NCBI GenBank assembly: GCA_950097015.1
Contig: CATNEN010000041.1
Coordinates: forward strand, 2,604,001 to 2,668,000
Reading direction: 5' to 3'
Length of the DNA stretch: 64,000 nt
DNA from: Macrostomum hystrix
Lineage: Eukaryota; Animalia; Platyhelminthes
The notes beneath the pieces are model-generated. The model saw nothing but the letters and a program-made list of their open reading frames with translations, did not search any database and was not told the origin of the DNA. Of the stretch, positions 57,601 to 64,000 are shown piece after piece. Positions within the stretch are counted from its first letter, which is position 1, and each line of letters starts with the position of its first letter. The translations under genes and the position numbers were made by a program.

Positions 57601-60600
57601 TCCAATGTGCTGTACAATTGGGAGAGCATCTGAAAATTGACCAGATTCAGCTAATTGAAAAGAGACAAAACTTCTGGAGAAACATAATGGAGAGAACGCA
57701 GCACATGCCTCAACGGTTGATGGATCACCCCTATCATCGCTCCGGAAAACTTTCGTTTCGAGCCATTTCAGTTGTTCAACTACTGGTGCCACAATGCCGG
57801 CGACAGCCGCTGATTTTGGCGCGCAGGCAGAAGACGCATAACAGAGCACGATGGTGAGATTTACAGCCGCCAGCAGACAGTTGATTGTGTTGTTTGGACG
57901 CTGCGAGTGTTTAGACAATGGGTTCTTACCGCTATTTGACACTCTGCTGCAGAGAATTTTGAACGTGTCGCAGTGCAGGCTCAGGCAGAGCTGCAGCTCG
58001 TTTGGCGGCAATCCGCTGGAATTTGTCAGCAGCTGGACTGCCAGAAAGTTGTAAAAGTTCTGAAATTTGTATGGAAACGTCAAGACTATATAAATTCAAG
58101 TAGCTATAAACAGCTCTCACAACGATCCTTTGCCCCAATTACGCTCTGCGAACGATGACGTATGAGGCTTTGTACAATGAAGAAAGGGCATGTCTTGGTA
58201 AAAATAACTTCGTGGAAACAGACACAATTGCTCGTATTTAGCTAAAAACATGCTGGATAGCGCCAGATAGAAGTGTGTCTAAATAACGCAATGGTGGTTT
58301 TCCTTTTTTCGGTCTAACGAGTTCGTTCTCAGTCCAGGGGAAACAATTTTGGTACTTGAACCATGCACTAAATGTCTCATTGATTCAGTTCACTCCGCAT
58401 TTTAGAAGGCATCTGCATTAGATTTAGAAAAACATTAGAGGGGTGGCCTCTCTAGTCAATTCCTTCCGGTCTTGTATCTGGGGAATATCAGACCGGCTGT
58501 ACATCTGGGGAAACTATATTGAGTGCTATTACTATTTCATTATTCAATTGTTGTTTTTTAACAGTAGATTTTTAACTTGTTAGTAAAAACTAACAAGGGG
58601 GATTTCCCCGCTGAAATTTTTTTTGCTGCATTCGAATGCAGAAACGCAAGCACACGAAACTCAAGAACACGGCCAACTTTTTGCTGCGCATCTTTTGTAA
58701 CAAGAATCGAGTCGCCAGCTCTTCAGACCGTGCAAATATTCAATGGCCAAAGGTCTGATTTTTCCCATAAGCGCTAGTGTATTTCATACATCCCAATACA
58801 CGAAATAGCACTGCGCCTCAGTGCAGCCTTGCCAGGCCTTCATCAGCATGGTGACAAATTTATCCGCATGTCACCCGAATGTGCCTGCATCATCTCCGTC
58901 TTCGGTGGTCACCTACCTTTATCTAGACGGATTGGCTGGACCTTCAAGGGCTACAACTGGTGGAACTAGGCCACTCAACTAGGGAACTCAACCACAGTAC
59001 ATCATCGCCTAGTCTGTCAACCAATCAGTCACCACCCAACGCTGTTAGCATTCAGGCACTGCCAAAAAAACTACAGGGTTCCCCCCTTGGTATAAAAACG
59101 AGCGGCAAAATGGCTTGGTAGTCCTACTGCTAAGCTTACCCTAAATGTTTGTTTAAAAACAAAGGTGGGTCACGGGGTGACGCCAGGATGCCGCAGTGAT
59201 AATAAAGAGGCCAATTGAGTTCGCATGTCTTATAAATGAAAGATGTAGAGACTGTAAGCAAAGAAAACAACTCAAGCCTAATTTCGCACAGGTAGTCTTA
59301 GACATCATAAAAAGGTAACTCCATAATCAAAATTTCAGCGTAGTTGCTCACGCAGAAAACCGAATGCTTGTGTGGAAGCGATGTTTCAAAGGGGGAGTTG
59401 CCATTCGCCTGCTGCAAGCACTGTCCGATCACAGCTAGCTTGGCACTTGCGGGGATCCAGTCAAGCGAGCCCGGGTCTGCATCGAACAGTCGCAGCCCTT
59501 TGAGCACGGCATAGCAGCGTGCTATGAGCGGATCGACGTGCCGGTATTTCAGTAACTGGGTCTCCACACATTCGACAGCGTGATGCATTTTTGTGCTGAA
59601 TAATAATGGGGAAGTTTAGCTTGAAGCTATCATGAGCAATGAGTGAGCAATGAGCGCTAAGCAAGCGAGCTCATTCCTACTCACCCACAGCGAATTGCGA
59701 ATTCAGTGAACTTGCTGCTAAGTCCGCACCAGATGAAAGAATCGGCGTTCTTACTCAGCAGACTTGAAATTTCCTTTTGCAGTGGGATTTCATCAGCGTG
59801 AAGCTCGCCCAGCATCAGGATGTGGTAGGCCGGCAGGATCAGCAGGTGGTTGGGGTGGAAATTGCTGGCATCTCTGAGCATTCCATCGAACCAAGCTTGA
59901 GTAGCATCGGTGGGTACCCTTGCGACGGTTAAAATTAATAAAACATTAATTCTTTAAATATCAGCTCTTAAAATTATAGTAAATACTAGCTTTAGGTAGA
60001 ACAACATGGCTTTTAGGCATGCGATCAACACTAAATTACTGCATACCTTGCCATGGCAGTTCAAAAACCATAAAACCCTAATTCGACCAAAAAGGGTTAC
60101 TTCCATCTCTTTTTGTTAAGGCGTTTGTGAGGTTTGAAATATGAAGTATACAAATATATATTGTAATGATAATGCACACAGGATCAGATCATTAAAATAC
60201 AATAAGCTTCATTACAAAGTCATCAGAACAAAACCAAAATATATTTGTATAAAAACGCTATTTAGCATGTTCTACTCACTTAAGGTTGCCAAATGCAGTT
60301 GTTAAATCCGAAAAAAGAGATTCACTCGGCATCTCAGGCGGCAGAATGCAGTCCAGAAGTGAGCTGATCTCATCACTTTTCAGAGAGAGTGATCCGTGAA
60401 AGAATGGAGCAGCCTTTGCCACAGTTGCAAAATGCAGAAGTTCCAAGTTAGTAATCCACTGACGCCACTGCTTCTGCTCATCCTGATCCTTCACAATTGG
60501 TCGATACGGTGCTTTAGAACGGTACATTGGGATAACCGAGCGCAGAACATCATGAAGTACCTAAAAATTATTTCATAAAAAATATAAAGGACAATCGCAT

Positions 60601-63600
60601 CACTTTGGTCATGGTCACATTGATCGCCTCACATCAAAAGCTCACCATCTGTCTTTCTTTCTGTTGATGAGCAGAAAAGTTCCATTCTGTTGACTTCACT
60701 AAGCACTCGAACAAGGCAAGTCGATCTCTTGTAGTATTGCTTGTGTAGAATAAAAACTCAAAGCAGTATTTTAGTGACTCAACAACTTCGGATTCATAGT
60801 AAAACCGATCTTGGCAGAAATCAAACCATAGCCGTCCGTCCAACTGTGTGATTGACTCTGCTAAGGAAGGAGAAAAAACTTGCCGCATTCGATCAGCACT
60901 GTTAGGCACTAACGGAGGCAGAAACTCCAGCAAATCTCTGCCACCTGATCGTGTTTCCCTCCTTGCATCTTTTAGGTAGTATTTGTAAGCAGCGCGTCCC
61001 TGCAATACATCCGACTTGGGCAAAAGAAGTTCGCAGAACGCTAGAGCAAAATCACCACTGATTTGTGAAATATGGAATACATCTAGGCACTTGAAAATAG
61101 TTGTAGGGAGTCTGACGAACAGTCCGAGCTGACCTCTGTGTAAATCCGAAATAGCCACAACACAGGCAAATCGAACGCAAGTTACTTCAATCTGATTTTT
61201 TGTTAGATCATGCCGAAAATTTTCGTAGGAGGTTACAGAAAGAGCTTTTTGTTCTTGAACTGTCTTCTGTGCCAAATTTGAGGCAACAGTGGCAGCATAA
61301 GAAGTTTTGCATGCAGCATTTTTGCCGCCCGTCTCACTCTCCAGAACGCACGGAGCCTCCGCGCAACTAGTGGTTGGACGCGATCGCTTAGACGTTGACG
61401 AACTCTCCAGCAATGGCTTTTCCGAACCTGAACTGCCATTCCTCTTTCTCGACTCTGATTGAGCTTCCATACTTGCGCCAATATGTTTTAAACCAGCAGA
61501 TAACTCATTAGCGCCTGTTTCACTGTTTTTCGGAATAGTTGAGTCGTCAGCGGAAATTTTGACAAGTAAAGGATTCGACACACGCTCACTTTGAGCCTGG
61601 GAGGCAGAATTCGAGTCAGTTTGAGCCCTTGTTTTGCCATCACTTTGAGCCTGGGAGGCAGAATTCGAATCAGTTTGAGCCTTCGTGTTGCCATCACTTT
61701 GAGCCTTGGAGGCAGAATTCGAATCAGTTTGAGCCCTTGCTTTGCCATCACTTTGAGCCTTGGAGGCAGAATTCGAATCAGTTTGAGCCTTCGTGTTGCC
61801 ATCACTTTGAGCCTTGGAGGCAGAATTCGAATCAGTTGGATCCATCGTGTTGCCATCACTTTGAGCCTTGGAGACAGAATTCGAATCAGTTGGATCCATC
61901 GTGTTGCCATCACTTTGAGCCTTGGAGACAGAATTCGAATCAGTTGGATCCATCGTGTTGCCATCACTTTGAGCCTTGGAGACAGAATTCGAATCAGTTG
62001 GATCCATCGTGTTGCCATCACTTTGAGCCTTGGAGACAGAATTCGAATCAGTTGGATCCATCGTGTTGCCATCACTTTGAGCCTTGGAGACAGAATTCGA
62101 ATCAGTTGGATCCATCGTGTTGCCATCACTTTGAGTCTTGGAGACACCAATCGAGTCAGTTGGATCCTTCGTGTTGCCATCACTTTGAGCCTTGGAGGCA
62201 GAATTCGAATCAGTTGGATCCTTCGTGTTGCCATCACTTTGAGCCTGGGAGGCAGAATTCGAATCAGTTTGAGCCCTTGCTTTGCCATCACTTTGAGCCT
62301 TGGAGGCAGAATTCGAGTCAGTTTGAGCCCTTGCTTTGCCATCACTTTGAGCCTGGGAGGCAGAATTCGAATCAGTTTGAGCCTTCGTGTTGCCATCACT
62401 TTGAGCCTTGGAGGCAGAATTCGAATCAGTTTGAGCCCTTGCTTTGCCATCACTTTGAGCCTGGGAGGCAGAATTCGAATCAGTTTGAGCCTTCGTGTTG
62501 CCATCACTTTGAGCCTTGGAGGCAGAATTCGAATCAGTTTGAGCCTTCGTGTTGCCATCACTTTGAGCCTTGGAGGCAGAATTCGAATCAGTTGGATCCT
62601 TCGTGTTGCCATCACTTTGAGCCTTGGAGGCAGAATTCGAATCAGTTGGATCCTTCGTGTTGCCATCACTTTGAGCCTTGGAGGCAGAATTCGAATCAGT
62701 TGGATCCTTGGAGGCAGAATTCGAATCAGTTGGATCCTTCGTGTTGCCATCACTTTGAGCCTTGTAGGCACCAATCGAATCAGTTGGATCCTTCGTGTTG
62801 CCATCACTTTGAGCCTTGGAGGCACCAATCGAATCAGTTGGATCCTTCGTGTTGCCATCACTTTGAGCCTTGGAGGCACCAATCGAATCAGTTGGATCCT
62901 TCGTGTTGCCATCACTTTGAGCCTTGGAGGCACCAATCGAATCAGTTGGATCCTTCGTGTTGCCATCACTTTGAGCCTTGGAGGCACCAATCGAATCAGT
63001 TGGATCCTTCGTGTTGCCATCACTTTGAGCCTTGGAGGCACCAATCGAATCAGTTGGATCCATCGTGTTGCCATCACTTTGAGTCTTGGAGGCACCTATC
63101 GAGTCAGTTGGATCCATCGTGTTGCCATCACTTTGAGCCTTGGTGTCGTTGTTCAATTCGTTTTGAGCAATATGGCTGAACTCTGTCTGTTCTGGTTTGC
63201 TACGAGTATCATGGCAGTGGTTCATATTAAATTTGACTTTATCGAATTTAATTTTATCTATAACAGCCGGATTAGCAAAGTTCATAGTATTATGTGTTCC
63301 ACCGAACTCAAAATCTGTAATTTGCTCCAGGTCACTTTTGGTGCTCGGGTTATGAGTAGATGACATTTCAGGTGAAAATCCTGGACTTGGGTTGCTGGTC
63401 AATGTCGAATTTTCATTAGGCCTGCTGTAAACATTATCAGAACGAAGCTTCTTGACAGATGATGATGCTGACCCTGAGGTGTCCACAGTTGTCTCGGAAC
63501 TAAGAAGCCGTTTGCCAGGACTGGCACTCGAACTTGGTTGGCTGCTATTAGCTGTTTTATCACTAGGCATAGTCTCATGTGCAGAAAGGGACAGTTGTAC

Positions 63601-63891
63601 ATCGCCAACCTGCAAGGGCAGATCCATTTTAAAGTTGCAGCTGCTCGCACACATGATGCAGCAATCATCATCCAGACTTATTGATTCTAAACATTCTTCA
63701 TTACTGCAAACTTTCTTCCATAATTGCAATGGGTTGTGATTGCAATTTCTTAGATGACCAGAACCACAGACTTGACAAGTGACTAGGAAGTTGTCCTTTG
63801 CTTTGCACTTGCCACAAAAAACTGCATAGAATGGTATTTGTGATCGATTGCAGCTTAAACAGGTCTTGCTTATTTGGTGCTTGCAGTCCAT
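39615..63891 (-). CDS. RNF213: RNF213/mysterin-like giant AAA+ ATPase and E3 ubiquitin ligase (RING plus RZ finger), more than 20 exons
   Basis: Phase-consistent exon chain: 57629-57519, 56025-55900 (donor tentative), 55731-55557, 55287-54952, 54865-49659, 49437-48896, 48697-48295, 47792-47177, 47103-46945, 46876-46723, 46540-45811, 45730-45437, 45224-45049 (acceptor tentative), 44970-44425, 44288-43634, 43160-43011, 42942-42672, 42597-42563, 42493-42287, 41824-41567, 41207-39615. 5' exon 63891-60646; exons between 57.7 and 60.6 kb only partly resolved, and linkage of the 5' exon is inferred. Hallmark motifs: SARPGMGKS, DPSYELTADNARKML, GETGCGKT, FFDEVN, ACNPY, LVYRVRPMP, SLREV, GKPGSSKS, FQCSP, EVGLAEDSPDMPLKSLHPLLEDG, GISNWALDPAKMNRG, FFGLRDFFSLVK, YVDLGLGTHR, PIPLINRMEKH, FLPGMP. 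Confidence 0.92.
41878..42208 (+). mobile_element. tRNA-derived SINE, family A, in an RNF213 intron (antisense to the gene)
   Basis: Co-linear with 39047-39415; flanked by aacgacatgtc (41867-41877) and aacggcatgtc (42214-42224), a probable TSD with one mismatch. Confidence 0.88.
43186..43633 (-). repeat. 32-bp minisatellite starting at an RNF213 donor (gtgagctgtggctgcaggtaactgggagctag), ~14 copies
   Basis: The first unit begins at intron nt 1 (43633). Confidence 0.92.
47810..48270. repeat. 22-bp intronic minisatellite (tgaatgacgggaagcagtgccc)
   Basis: Fills RNF213 intron 47793-48294. Confidence 0.93.
56290..57537 (-). repeat. 32-bp minisatellite spanning an RNF213 donor, ~39 donor copies
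   Basis: aactcacc at 56296 recurs every 32 nt up to 57512. Confidence 0.95.
61590..63140 (-). repeat. 54-bp coding minisatellite (AQSDGNTKDPTDSIGASK-like), ~28 copies, in the 5' RNF213 exon
   Basis: In frame within the 1086-codon ORF 60634-63894 and flanked by non-repetitive coding sequence. Confidence 0.9.
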
Positions 63892-64000
63892 CACTAAGGA
63901 CTAGGCACCTAAAAGTATTGTTGATGATAACCTTGGTTAGACTATAGATTTTCAATTTTCCAAAAAATTATTACAAAAACGAAAGAAGTTAATTTTAGTA

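Overview
Animal genomic DNA with spliceosomal GT-AG introns, GC-rich exons and AT-rich intergenic DNA. Many introns are filled by a single minisatellite. This style resembles the flatworm Macrostomum, but that is inference, not shown by the sequence. Genes from start to end: 3' end of a DSTYK kinase (+); a complete 10-exon DNA polymerase theta (POLQ, -); an orphan ORF with His-rich decapeptide repeats (-); MRTO4 (-); a secreted three-repeat beta-trefoil-like protein (+); a divergent rhodopsin-family GPCR (-); COX6B (-); and a giant RNF213/mysterin-like AAA+ E3 ligase (-) filling the last 24 kb. Two tRNA-derived SINE families (one CORE-like) and a foldback/MITE-like element are present. The most unusual signals are: (1) three introns whose minisatellite unit contains the 5' splice site itself, giving 14-39 tandem decoy donors; (2) a possible trans-spliced MRTO4-orphan-POLQ operon; (3) an RNF213 with an intact RZ finger split over a 35-nt micro-exon, an acidic RING insertion and a Walker B D-to-E change; (4) templated inverted-repeat scars in a SINE copy. 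All exon boundaries were read by eye and checked for phase; no database searches were run.
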